Shown: piece by piece, positions 35,157-45,600 of the stretch
Layout: each line of letters begins with the position of its first letter
How positions within the stretch are numbered: the first letter of the stretch is position 1
NCBI GenBank assembly: GCA_964590205.1
Contig: CAZPVO010000001.1
Coordinates: 175,873 to 239,872, forward strand
Length of the DNA stretch: 64,000 nucleotides
Origin: an uncultured Candidatus Saccharibacteria bacterium
GTDB lineage: Bacteria > Patescibacteriota > Saccharimonadia > Saccharimonadales > JAGQNJ01
Reading direction: 5' to 3'
Position numbers and translations under genes: made by a program
The notes under the pieces: generated by a model
Seen by the model: only the letters and a program-made list of their open reading frames with translations
What the model was told of the DNA's origin: nothing
Databases searched by the model: none

Positions 35157-36581
35157 ATGAGTACTTGGCCTGCAATTGAAGAAATCTCTGATTCAGTTTT
35201 GAGTGGTAAAACGACCGCAACTGCTCAGGTAGAAAAAGCCCTCAAGGCAATTGATGATAACAAAGATTATGACGCGATTATTGCAACCACACGTGATCGA
35301 GCGCTGAAACGGGCAGCGGAGATTGACGACAAAGTCAAAAAAGGTGAACAAAACGGTCGTTTAACAGGTGTACCATTTATCGCGAAGGATAATTTTTTAG
35401 TTTTTGGCGCTGATACAACCGCAGCCAGCAATATTTTGAAAGGTTTCGAAGCGCCATATCAAGCGACCGCAATTGAAAAGCTTGAAGCCGAGGGCGCAAT
35501 TTGTGTGGCTAAAGCTAATCTTGATGCCTTTGCACACGGAACAAGCACCGAAAATAGTGACTTTTTTACGACTAAAAATGCGCATGACAAAACAAGAGTT
35601 CCCGGCGGTTCATCTGGAGGCTCGGCAACGGCTGTAGCGCTCAGCATGGTTCCATTTGCGATTGGAACCGACACGGGTGGTTCAATTCGTCAACCGGCTA
35701 GCTTGAGCGGTGTTGTCGGCTATAAGCCGACCTATGGTTTGGTCTCCAGGAGCGGCGTGGTTGCTATGGCCAGCAGTACAGATACAATTGGTGCACTGGC
35801 AAATTCTGTTGAAGATACAGCACTTGTGATGGATGTTCTCAGTGGTCGAGATCCACTAGATGGTACAACAATTGAACGCGACCATACGCCATACACTGAA
35901 CTTGACCAGCCAGTTAAAGGCAAAAAAATTGGTGTTATAAAAGAATACTTTACTGATCAGCTGGACGAGTCAGTTAAAAAAGTTGTTGAAGACGCTATTG
36001 CCAAGCTCAAAGCTGCCGGTGCACAAATCACAGAAGTGAGCCTTCCATCGCTGCCGCTGGCTTTGGCGGTTTACTACATTATTTGCCCGGCAGAAGTTAG
36101 CAGTAATTTGTCTCGTTATGATGGACAACGATACGGGTTTAGCACCAAAGACGCGAAAAATCTGGATGAAAGCTTTGAGAATTCACGTTCTGAGGGTTTT
36201 GGTGAAGAGGCCAAGCGACGAATTATGATTGGCACGTATGTCCTGAGTAGCGGCTACTACGACGCTTATTATAAGAAGGCTCAAACGGTTCGCACTAAAC
36301 TCATCAATGAATTTAACGATGTTTTCAAAAAAGTCGATTTTTTGGTTGGTCCGGTTGCGCCAACGCCAGCATTTAAAATTGGTGAGCACAGTAAAGATCC
36401 GCTGCAGCTATACTTACAGGACATCATGACTGTAGCTGTTAACTTGGTCGGCATTCCTGGGATTAGTGTTCCGGCAGGTAAGGTCAATAATTTGCCAGTT
36501 GGTCTGCAGCTCATGGCCGCTCAAAAAGAGGACCGTGCATTATTATCATTAGCGAATGAAACAGAAAGGTTGCTAACGTGA
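35157..36581 (+). CDS. gatA: Asp/Glu-tRNA amidotransferase subunit A
   Basis: Amidase signature GGSSGGSATAVA and GTDTGGSIRQPA. Confidence 0.93.
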   Translation: MSTWPAIEEISDSVLSGKTTATAQVEKALKAIDDNKDYDAIIATTRDRALKRAAEIDDKVKKGEQNGRLTGVPFIAKDNFLVFGADTTAASNILKGFEAPYQATAIEKLEAEGAICVAKANLDAFAHGTSTENSDFFTTKNAHDKTRVPGGSSGGSATAVALSMVPFAIGTDTGGSIRQPASLSGVVGYKPTYGLVSRSGVVAMASSTDTIGALANSVEDTALVMDVLSGRDPLDGTTIERDHTPYTELDQPVKGKKIGVIKEYFTDQLDESVKKVVEDAIAKLKAAGAQITEVSLPSLPLALAVYYIICPAEVSSNLSRYDGQRYGFSTKDAKNLDESFENSRSEGFGEEAKRRIMIGTYVLSSGYYDAYYKKAQTVRTKLINEFNDVFKKVDFLVGPVAPTPAFKIGEHSKDPLQLYLQDIMTVAVNLVGIPGISVPAGKVNNLPVGLQLMAAQKEDRALLSLANETERLLT

Positions 36582-36997
36582 GTGTAGAAGCGATTACTGC
36601 CATTGTTGGGCTTGTAATAATTGGTCTAACCTTTATCGTGATTCTCAGTAAGTTTGTGGTTAAAAAAGTTCCAAGAAAGCTTAAGCCCGACAAATTTACA
36701 TTGAAGTGGAAAGACCTGGAAGCTTACTGCAAAAACAAGGACACATGGCCTGAGGCCCTGAAGGCAGCAGATAAACTATTGGATGAAGCACTCAAAAAGA
36801 GACGATTTAAAGGTAAGAATATGGGTGAGCGTTTAGTATCTGCACAGAATAAATTTAGTAATAATGATGATGTGTGGTTTGGACACAAGCTCACTAAGAA
36901 AATCATTGAAGATCCTGAGCTAAAACTCAAGGAATCCGAAGTAAAAGAGGCTTTGCTGAGTTTTCATAGGGCACTGAAGGACCTCGGAGCGTTATGA
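36578..36997 (+). CDS. Small N-terminally anchored helical protein inserted between gatA and gatB
   Basis: The GTG start overlaps the gatA stop (GTGA). Its stop overlaps the gatB ATG (ATGA). It has one TM helix and a Lys-rich helical domain. Confidence 0.5.
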   Translation: MSVEAITAIVGLVIIGLTFIVILSKFVVKKVPRKLKPDKFTLKWKDLEAYCKNKDTWPEALKAADKLLDEALKKRRFKGKNMGERLVSAQNKFSNNDDVWFGHKLTKKIIEDPELKLKESEVKEALLSFHRALKDLGAL

Positions 36998-38457
36998 GCG
37001 ACCAAGAAAAGTATTTGGTGAAAGGTTATTTGCCGACAATTGGTATTGAGTGTCATGTGCAGCTTAAAACCAAAACCAAACTTTTCGCAGGCGTGAGTAA
37101 CGATGCGCGGGATGCAGAGCCGAACACGCTCATTAGCCATATTTGTTTAGGCATGCCAGGCGCACTGCCGGTTCTCAACAAAAAAGCTGTTGAACTCGCG
37201 CAACGCGCAGCCTTTGCACTTGGTACAGAAGCACAACATTTCAGTAAGTTCGATCGAAAACACTACTTTTATCCTGATTTACCAAAAGGCTATCAAATTA
37301 CACAGTTTGATGAGCCTGTTATTTTAGGCGGCAATGTTGATATTACTGTTAATGGCGAGCAAAAAAGAATTGGCATTACCCGTGCGCATCTAGAAGAAGA
37401 TGCTGGCAAATCAACGCATCCTGCTGGTGTTGACTATAGTTTGGTTGACCTAAACCGAGCAGGCACGCCGTTGCTAGAAATTGTCAGCGAGCCGGATATG
37501 CATAATGCCGCTGAAGCCAAAGCTTATGCCAAAGAATTATATTTACTCATGAGGTACGCTGATGTTTCAGAGGCAAATTTATTTCATGGCAACATGCGCT
37601 TTGACGTAAACGTGAGTGTGAGTAAAGATCCAAAAGTTTTTGGCACCAGATCAGAAACCAAAAACCTTAATTCATTTAGAAGCGTTGAAAAAGCGGTTGA
37701 GTTTGAAATTAAACGTCAAATTGATCTGCTAGAAAAAGGTGAGACCATTGCTCAGGAAACTCGCGGCTGGGACGATGGCAAACAAAAAACCTTTAGCCAA
37801 CGAAGCAAAGAAGATGCTCACGATTATCGCTATTTTCCAGAGCCAGATATCCCGCCAGTGTCATTAACACAAAAAATGAATGACGATATTGGCAAAACCA
37901 TGCCAGTTATGCCACAGCTATTGCGCGCTAAGCTCGAAAAATTGGGACTTGATAAATCAGCAGTTGAAACTTTGGTTGACGAATTGCCAGCCGGACGGTT
38001 TATGCTCGAGATTTTAGAGCAAAGTGATGATAAAACAACCAAGCGAATTGCCAACTGGTTGACGAGCGATGTGCAAGCACTAGTTGTCAACGAAGAATTA
38101 ACGTGGGAGACTGCCAAGCTTGATGGGGTGGCTTTTATGCAGCTTGGGAAGCTGGTTGCCGATAACCAAGTTAGCTCAACTGGCGCCAAGGCAGTACTCA
38201 CTGAGTTAGTTAAAAGCGGTGGTGACCCAATGAAGATTGCTCAGGAGCGAGATCTTTTGCAAGTTTCTGATGAAGGCGAGATTGATGGCATAGTAAAAGC
38301 CGTTCTGGAAGCAAATCCAAAGGCGGCCGAAGATGTAAAGAACGGTGAAATGAAAGCCATTGGCTTCCTTACTGGTCAAGTTATGAAAGAATCAAAAGGT
38401 AAGGCTAACCCCGGCTTGGCTCAACAACTGATCAAAAAGCAACTAGGACTTCGATAG
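36994..38457 (+). CDS. gatB: Asp/Glu-tRNA amidotransferase subunit B
   Basis: GIECHVQL, HLEEDAGK, RFDVNVS, and a C-terminal YqeY-like tail. Confidence 0.93.
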   Translation: MSDQEKYLVKGYLPTIGIECHVQLKTKTKLFAGVSNDARDAEPNTLISHICLGMPGALPVLNKKAVELAQRAAFALGTEAQHFSKFDRKHYFYPDLPKGYQITQFDEPVILGGNVDITVNGEQKRIGITRAHLEEDAGKSTHPAGVDYSLVDLNRAGTPLLEIVSEPDMHNAAEAKAYAKELYLLMRYADVSEANLFHGNMRFDVNVSVSKDPKVFGTRSETKNLNSFRSVEKAVEFEIKRQIDLLEKGETIAQETRGWDDGKQKTFSQRSKEDAHDYRYFPEPDIPPVSLTQKMNDDIGKTMPVMPQLLRAKLEKLGLDKSAVETLVDELPAGRFMLEILEQSDDKTTKRIANWLTSDVQALVVNEELTWETAKLDGVAFMQLGKLVADNQVSSTGAKAVLTELVKSGGDPMKIAQERDLLQVSDEGEIDGIVKAVLEANPKAAEDVKNGEMKAIGFLTGQVMKESKGKANPGLAQQLIKKQLGLR

Positions 38458-40638
38458 TTTACGCAAAAAATTTATGACTTCTTCAGGGGTGCTAATGCTA
38501 AAACGTGCTGCTGACTGATCAAAACCAACCTTTACGCTAAAAGCCTTTTTGGGCAAAACCTTGAATATATCCTCATCAGTTGCATCATCGCCCATCGCTA
38601 GAACGAAATCCCAAGGCTGTTGGGCAACAAGTTTTTCAGTGAAGACACCCTTGTGAATGTTCTTTAGTTTAACTTCCAAAATTTTATGACCGTCGTGCAG
38701 GCCAACTTCACTATCCTTAATGAGCTGTTGGATGTCGTGACGCAGCTCTATTTTACGTACTTCAGCAAGTGCCGGCGGTACTTTGCGGTAATGCCAAACC
38801 AGCGCATATTCTTTTTCCTCAACAAATGAACCACCGGTTCTATCGACATAGTAATCCAGCAATGGCAAAAGTTTTTTCTTCCAAGCAGTAAATGATTGAG
38901 CTTGCTTTTGCCACTTGCCTTCAACTTTTTGCCAGGCGCCGTGCTCTGCAACTATGTCAACCGGCAGTTTTCCAAAAATTTTTTGCAAATATTGTTTTGG
39001 TCGACCACTTATAATGACAATTTTCGTCGCGCTCGTGCTAATCTTCTCGATAATGGTCAATAGTTCTTTCGGAGGCTTGGCTTCGGACGGCTCTGACGCA
39101 AAATCAATCAGAGTCCCATCATAGTCAAGCAGCACTAAACTTTGCTTGGACTTTTTAAAAGCCCGCATAACTTTTTGTTGCTCAACACCCGTTAAGTATT
39201 GCCCATTACGTTCCTGCTGAACTTTTTTGGTGTTTTGCAGCTGGTCAATAAAATCTTTGCCCCACTTTTTTGTGTCATATCGAGCGATTCGACTTTGCAT
39301 ATGTTTCATACGCGTCTTCCGCTCTATTTTGGGCATTTTCAGCGCGGTTTTAATAGCTGTAGCTACCGATTCGCGGTGATTTGGATTAACGATTATCGCT
39401 TCAGGCAGCTCACTAGCCGCTCCGGTCATTTCACTTAAAATTAATACGCCATCGCCGCTTTGCTTTGTTGCTACATATTCTTTGGCAACTAGGTTCATAC
39501 CATCCCGCAACGGTGTAATGAGGGCAATTTCTGCCTGCGAATAAAGTGCAATAAGTTGTTCAAATGGAATCGAGCGATAATAGTAAGATATCGGTGACCA
39601 GCCCATCTCAGAATACTTTCCATTAATACGGCTGACGGTAATTTCAATTTCTTTCCTCAGCGACTTGTAGGCAGCAACTTTCATACGTGATGGAATCGCG
39701 ATAATTACCATAACAACCTCGCCGTAATACCCAGGATTTTTACTCAGAAACAAATCATAGGCTTTGAGGCGTTCTAAAATTCCCTTGGAATAGTCAACAC
39801 GGTCAAGCGAGAGAATAAGCCGGGCATTTTTCAAACCTTTTTTAAGCGCTTGAACTTCTTTTTGAACCTTAGCTCGCTTAGCGTAGGTTGCGAATTTTGT
39901 GTAATCAATGCCGATTGGAAAAGCATCGGTGCGAACAATTCGATTTTGATAATTAATCAACCCAAGATTATTTTTAAGACCCAAAATTCGCAGAACACTA
40001 CTCAAGAAGTGGCGTGTGTAATCATATGTGTGAAACCCGATCAAATCAGCACCGAGAAGTCCACGCAAAATTTCGGCACGACTGGGCAATAATCTAAAAA
40101 TTTCAAATGATGGAAATGGAATATGCAGGAAAAAGCCAATTGTGCTGTTTGGCGTTTTGGCTCGTATCAGACCAGGCAATAGCATGAGCTGGTAATCGTG
40201 AACCCACACGACCGTGTCCTTGCGTTGTCGGCTGAGAACTGCAGTGGCAAAAAGTTGGTTTACCTCGCGGTAGGTTCTTAGGTATTTTGCCCGGTACTCC
40301 GTATGCTGCGTGAAATAGTGAAATAACGGCCACAAAGTAACGTTAGCGTAACCATAATAATAATTGTTCACTTGAGCTTCACTTAAAAATACCGGTAAAC
40401 AGTTGAATTTTTTCAATTCTTGAACAATTTGTTTTCTTTCTTTGGCAGTAAGTTCTTCGTTGGCAATGCCTGGCCAGCCAATCCAAAGCGAATTTGATTT
40501 GGTTAGTGCCGACAAACCAGAAGCAAGCCCGCCGTCGCTCGGCTTAAAAACTAACTTACCGGCCTTTTTGCTGATATTAACTGGCAAGCGATTAGAGACG
40601 ATTATAATTTCAGGTGAGCCTAAATAGTTCTTTGCCAT
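38443..40638 (-). CDS. Bifunctional trehalose-6-phosphate synthase / trehalose-6-phosphate phosphatase (OtsA-OtsB fusion)
   Basis: N-terminal GT20 region ([27 protein letters not shown]). The C-terminal HAD phosphatase has LLDYDGTL and GDDATDE. Confidence 0.85.
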   Translation of the reverse strand: MAKNYLGSPEIIIVSNRLPVNISKKAGKLVFKPSDGGLASGLSALTKSNSLWIGWPGIANEELTAKERKQIVQELKKFNCLPVFLSEAQVNNYYYGYANVTLWPLFHYFTQHTEYRAKYLRTYREVNQLFATAVLSRQRKDTVVWVHDYQLMLLPGLIRAKTPNSTIGFFLHIPFPSFEIFRLLPSRAEILRGLLGADLIGFHTYDYTRHFLSSVLRILGLKNNLGLINYQNRIVRTDAFPIGIDYTKFATYAKRAKVQKEVQALKKGLKNARLILSLDRVDYSKGILERLKAYDLFLSKNPGYYGEVVMVIIAIPSRMKVAAYKSLRKEIEITVSRINGKYSEMGWSPISYYYRSIPFEQLIALYSQAEIALITPLRDGMNLVAKEYVATKQSGDGVLILSEMTGAASELPEAIIVNPNHRESVATAIKTALKMPKIERKTRMKHMQSRIARYDTKKWGKDFIDQLQNTKKVQQERNGQYLTGVEQQKVMRAFKKSKQSLVLLDYDGTLIDFASEPSEAKPPKELLTIIEKISTSATKIVIISGRPKQYLQKIFGKLPVDIVAEHGAWQKVEGKWQKQAQSFTAWKKKLLPLLDYYVDRTGGSFVEEKEYALVWHYRKVPPALAEVRKIELRHDIQQLIKDSEVGLHDGHKILEVKLKNIHKGVFTEKLVAQQPWDFVLAMGDDATDEDIFKVLPKKAFSVKVGFDQSAARFSISTPEEVINFLRKLSKS

Positions 40639-40721
40639 TTTATCCCCAAGTTCTGACCAACAGACGCCACCATACTTTTTCGATCAAGACCAATTATATG
40701 CTCAAATATCACGTTTGCCCA

Positions 40722-40730
40722 TGGTACAAT
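40722..40730 (+). promoter_or_regulatory. Extended -10 box (TGGTACAAT), 7 nt before the galU ATG (leaderless geometry)
   Basis: Direct read. Confidence 0.5.
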
Positions 40731-40737
40731 TACTCCG

Positions 40738-41637
40738 ATGAGCCAACAAAAAGTACGAAAAGCTGTTATTGGCGCCGCTGGGTTTGGAACTCGCTTCTTG
40801 CCACAAACTAAGGCGATGCCGAAAGAAATGTTGCCTTTGGTCGACAAGCCGATCATTCAGTATATCGTTGAGGAATTAGCTGAAGCTGGTATAGAGGATA
40901 TCGTGATCGTTACCGGCTATCATAAGCGTTCAATCGAGGATCACTTTGATCATTTAAGTGGCGATCTTAGGGCCAACTTAAAACAAGGTGGTAAAACAGA
41001 ACTACTTGAACAGACTAAAAAGATTTCTGATCTGGCCAACTTTGCTTACGTCCGTCAAAAGGGACCATATGGTGCCGCAACCGCACTTTTAAATGTTTCG
41101 CACTTAATTGGTGACGAGCCGTTTATTTTTATCTTTGCAGACGATCTGATCCCTAGCACACCAAACCGATTTACACAGATGATTGATTTATATGAAGAAT
41201 TTGGCGGCAGCATCCTACCGTGCATTAAGATCGAAAAAGATGAAGAGTACAAGCGTTATGGTATTGTCGGCGGTGAAAAAATCCGTGACGGTGTGATTAA
41301 AATGAGTCATTTGGTGGAAAAACCTGGCAAAGAGAACGCACCTTCTGATCTGGCAAGCATCGGAGGTTACTTATTGACTCCAGATGTTTTTACCTACGCC
41401 ACTGAAAGCCGCAAAAATCTGCCAAAAGACGCTGAGTTTTACTTGAGTACCTACGCGCTGGAGCCAATGCTAGCAGATGGCAAAAGTCTGTATGCCTGTG
41501 AACTGAAAAACAGCAAATATTACGATACAGGTAACAAGCTTGGCTATCTGGAGGCGGTTGTGGATACGGCGCTTGCACATGAAGGTCTTGGCGATCAATT
41601 CAGATCATTTCTTGAGGAGCGTCTAAAAAGAGAGTAA
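40738..41637 (+). CDS. galU: UTP--glucose-1-phosphate uridylyltransferase
   Basis: KAVIGAAGFGTRFLPQTKAMPKEMLPLVDKPIIQY; VEKP motif. Confidence 0.92.
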   Translation: MSQQKVRKAVIGAAGFGTRFLPQTKAMPKEMLPLVDKPIIQYIVEELAEAGIEDIVIVTGYHKRSIEDHFDHLSGDLRANLKQGGKTELLEQTKKISDLANFAYVRQKGPYGAATALLNVSHLIGDEPFIFIFADDLIPSTPNRFTQMIDLYEEFGGSILPCIKIEKDEEYKRYGIVGGEKIRDGVIKMSHLVEKPGKENAPSDLASIGGYLLTPDVFTYATESRKNLPKDAEFYLSTYALEPMLADGKSLYACELKNSKYYDTGNKLGYLEAVVDTALAHEGLGDQFRSFLEERLKRE

Positions 41638-41647
41638 AGTAGTAATT

Positions 41648-41899
41648 ATGGATGCTTATTCAACATTAGTTATTATTTTGTCAATAACGCTCGCAATCTT
41701 TTTGGTCACTGCAATTGTTTTGACCGTATATTTAATCAAGTTAGTTAATCAAGTGCGTGGGATTACAGCGAAAGCTGATGCAGTTATGGATGATGTTGAG
41801 GCAGTCAGTGAGTTTTTTCGTAAAACAACTGTAAGCACGGCAGTCGGGACACTGCTGAGTAATATTGTTTCAACTTTAAGCAATAGGAGGAAGAAATGA
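41648..41899 (+). CDS. Small membrane-anchored protein (DUF948-like)
   Basis: An N-terminal TM helix followed by a helical segment. Operonic with the YtxH-like gene. Confidence 0.4.
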   Translation: MDAYSTLVIILSITLAIFLVTAIVLTVYLIKLVNQVRGITAKADAVMDDVEAVSEFFRKTTVSTAVGTLLSNIVSTLSNRRKK

Positions 41900-42303
41900 G
41901 TAAGGACGGAACTAAGAAATTAGCAATCGGTGCTGCTATTGGAGTAGCAGCTGGTTTTATAGCTGGTGTTTTAACAGCGCCAAAGAGTGGAAAAGAAACT
42001 CGCAAAGATATCAAGGACACTGCCACTAAAGTGACACGAGAAGCCGAAAAGAAACTAAAAGAACTTTACAATGAATTAACAGACGCCATCGAAAAGGGTA
42101 AAACTGTCGCAAAAAAAGAGGGCGCTAAGGTCAAAAAAGAACTTTTAACTGCGCTACACTCTGCGGAAAAAACTCAACAAAAAGTCAAAGAAGTCTTAAC
42201 CGCAATCCGAAATGGTGAAGCCGACAACCCTGAGCTTGATAAAGCCGTTAAAGATGCTAATGCCGCTAAAGCTACGTTGCTCAAGTATCTCGGCAATAAG
42301 TAA
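41896..42303 (+). CDS. YtxH-domain general-stress-type protein
   Basis: GAAIGVAAGFIAGVLTAPKSGKETRKDI is the YtxH signature. The tail is Lys/Glu-rich and helical. Confidence 0.7.
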   Translation: MSKDGTKKLAIGAAIGVAAGFIAGVLTAPKSGKETRKDIKDTATKVTREAEKKLKELYNELTDAIEKGKTVAKKEGAKVKKELLTALHSAEKTQQKVKEVLTAIRNGEADNPELDKAVKDANAAKATLLKYLGNK

Positions 42304-42575
42304 TGCCCGATAAAACAAAAAAACTGAGTGCGAAAGAATCTCAAGACGCCGCTAAGGCTTTAGAAGCTTTATTTGCTTCCGAATATGTTGATAAAAAGAA
42401 GCTTTACATCGCAAACTTTTGGCGTGGTATTTTTTTTAGCGTGGGCGCGGTAATTGGCGCAGCAATCGTTGTTACAATCCTACTCTGGCTTTTATCGTTG
42501 TTTAAAAATATTCCGCTTGTTGGTCCAGTTGTAGATAATTTTCATCACAGTGTTGAGCAACAACAAAAAAAGTAG
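42303..42575 (+). CDS. Small membrane protein
   Basis: NFWRGIFFSVGAVIGAAIVVTILLWLL hydrophobic core. TAATG overlap with the upstream gene. Confidence 0.45.
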   Translation: MPDKTKKLSAKESQDAAKALEALFASEYVDKKKLYIANFWRGIFFSVGAVIGAAIVVTILLWLLSLFKNIPLVGPVVDNFHHSVEQQQKK

Positions 42576-42595
42576 CCTGTGCGTCTGATTTTCTC

Positions 42596-42601
42596 TATAA
42601 T
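42596..42601 (+). promoter_or_regulatory. -10 box TATAAT, 11 nt before the dnaE ATG at 42613
   Basis: Direct read. Confidence 0.45.
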
Positions 42602-42612
42602 TGAACTTACGA

Positions 42613-45600
42613 ATGGGGAATAAAGTTACGCTCAAACAGAGTGATTATGTGCACCTACATAATCACACACAATATAGCTTGCTCGATGGATTAACAAAAG
42701 TGCCGGCCTTGATGGAGGTTGTACAAAAATCGGGTATGGAAGCTGTGGCCATAACTGATCATGGTACTCTCTCGGGCGCCATCGAATTTTATAAATCAGC
42801 ACACGCACACAAAATTAAACCGATTATCGGCATGGAAACCTATATTGCTGCACGAACGCACCTTGATAAAGAGCCTGAAAAGGACAAGCCAAATTACCAC
42901 TTGATAATTTTGGCTAAAAACAATGTTGGTTACCAAAATTTGATGCGTCTCAGTACAATTGCCAACCTGGAAGGGTTTTATTATAAGCCACGCATCGACC
43001 ATCAGTTACTCGAAAAATACCATGAGGGGTTGATTGTGCTTAGTGGCTGTATTGGTGGTGAGGTTGGTGATGCGCTTCGACAGGATCAATACGCCAAAGC
43101 TGTTGAGATTGCCAGTTGGTATAAATCAATATTTGGTGATGATTATTACTTGGAACTGCAGGACCACGGACACCCTGAGCATCCTAACAAGTGGCAAGAG
43201 CAGATGTCAGTCAACGAGCAGCTACAAAAAATAAGTAAGGAACTCAATATTCCATGTGTGGTAACCTGCGATGCTCACTATTTGAAGCATGAAGATCAAA
43301 CTGCGCACGAAATTTTACTTTGTGTGCAAACCGGATCTTTTTTGAGCGACGAAAAGCGAATGTCACTTTCCGATTTTGATTTGCATGTAATGGAGCCCGA
43401 GCAAGTAATAAAGCGCTGGGCCGACAATCCCGAAGCGATCAAAAACACTAAAAAGATTGCCGACAAGTGTGACGTGACAATTGAACTAGGCAAATATTTA
43501 ATTCCGAAGTTTCCAGTACCAAAGGGTGAGAACGAGAAGTCATATTTAGATATGCTTACCTACCAGGGCCTCGTTCAGCGTTATTCGCCGGATGAAAAGC
43601 CTGCCAAAACTCTCAGTGCCATCAAGAAACAGTTACCAAAAGAAGTTGTTGAGCGTGCTGAGTATGAGCTTGGTGTAATTGATCGCATGGGCTTTAATGG
43701 TTATTTCTTGATTGTACAGGATTTTATTAACTGGGGTAAAAACGAAGGAATTGTTTTTGGCCCGGGACGGGGTAGCGGCGCAAGTTCGATTGTTGCCTAT
43801 GGTCTTAGAATCACCGAACTAGACCCGCTCAAATACGACTTAATGTTCGAACGATTTTTAAACCCTGATAGAATTTCAATGCCTGATTTTGATATTGATA
43901 TTCAAGATAGCAGGCGCGACGAAGTAATCCAGTACTGTGTCGAAAAGTACGGTTCTAATCGCGTGGCCAACATTGCGACTTTTGGTACGATGGCAGCGCG
44001 AAACGCTGTGCGGGATGTCGCCCGAGTTTTGCAGGTTCCTTATGCCGAATCCGATCGATTGGCTAAGTCAATTCCGCCGCCAGTTCAGGGTCGTCATATT
44101 CCACTTGCGAAGTCACTTAAAGAAAATCCAGAACTAGCTGAGGAGTACAAATCTAATGAACAAACTAAAGAAGTTTTTGATTTAGCGGTGCGACTTGAAG
44201 GTACAATTCGCTCACACGGTGTTCACGCAGCGGGTGTGGTGATTGCACCGGACGAAATTGTAAAATTTGTGCCACTTGAAATGGCTCAAAAGGGTGTTGT
44301 TGCCACTCAGTATTCTATGGGACCTGTTGAAGAACTCGGGTTGCTTAAAATGGACTTTTTGGGACTGTCTAACCTGACAATTATCAAAAATACACTTCGA
44401 ATTATAAAACGTGTTTATGGTGAAGACATCGATATTAACAGCGTGTCAATGGACGATTCAAAGACTTATGAATTGCTGCGAGCTGGCGACACGACGGGCG
44501 TGTTTCAGTTTGAATCGGCTGGCATGAAAAGATATCTCAAAGAGCTTAAACCGAACCAGTTCGAAGACATTATCGCCATGGTTGCACTGTATCGACCAGG
44601 GCCGATGGCGGAATTTCCAAGATTCATTGAAGGCAAAAATAATCCGTCCAGCATTACATTTTTGCATCCATCGCTTAAGGCGGTTTTGGGTGATACGTAC
44701 GGCGTGATCGTTTTTCAAGAACAAATTATTGCATTGCTGCAATTAATTGCTGGCTATAGCCCGGGCGAAGCTGACCTTATTAGAAAAGCCATCGGAAAAA
44801 AGAAGCGCGACATTATGGAGTCTGAGCAACCGCGATTTATTGAAGGTTGTTTAAAGCAAGGTTTAACAGAAGCTGGAGCTAAAAAGCTTTGGGCGCTTAT
44901 TCAGCCTTTCGCTGATTACTCATTTAACAAAGCGCATGCGGCATGCTATGCCCTGATTGCTTATCAAACTGCCTACTTAAAGGCTCATTATTCAGCAGCA
45001 TTTATGGCTGCACTAATGACCAGTGACTTTGATGACACTGATCGGCTCGCAATTGAAATCAATGAGTGTAAACATATCGGTATAGACGTTTTGCCTCCTG
45101 ATATAAACGAGTCTTTTGTTGAATTTGCTGTCGTGCCGCACAAAAATCAGGTTCGTTTTGGCATGGCTGCCATTAAAAATGTCGGCACGGGTGCAGTAGA
45201 GGAAATCCTGCGCGCCAGACAAATCGACGGAACATTTATGAGTCTGGAGGATTTCTTTAGCAAGGTGAGTCCGCGAGTTGTAAACCGCAAAACGATCGAA
45301 AGTCTTATTAAAGCCGGAGCATTTGATAAGTTTGATAATCGTTCAACGCTTTTACATAACATTGATGTCTTACTGGCATACGCCAGCCGTATTCATAAAC
45401 AGCTAGCTTCTGGCCAGACTGATTTATTTGGCAATAGCGAGGAACTCAATCATCACGGTAAACCACAACTAAAGCTCGAAAGTGAGCAAGATGAAATTCC
45501 TTTGAGTGAACAACTGCTCTGGGAGCGTGAACTGCTCGGGCTTTACTTGTCGCAACATCCACTCGATGCATATAAGTCGCTGTTGGCAGAGCAGAGCGCA

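Noticed and set aside
42601-42612. TTG start for dnaE at 42601
   Set aside because: The TTG overlaps the TATAAT box at 42596-42601, so it would lie upstream of the transcription start. ATG 42613 was chosen.
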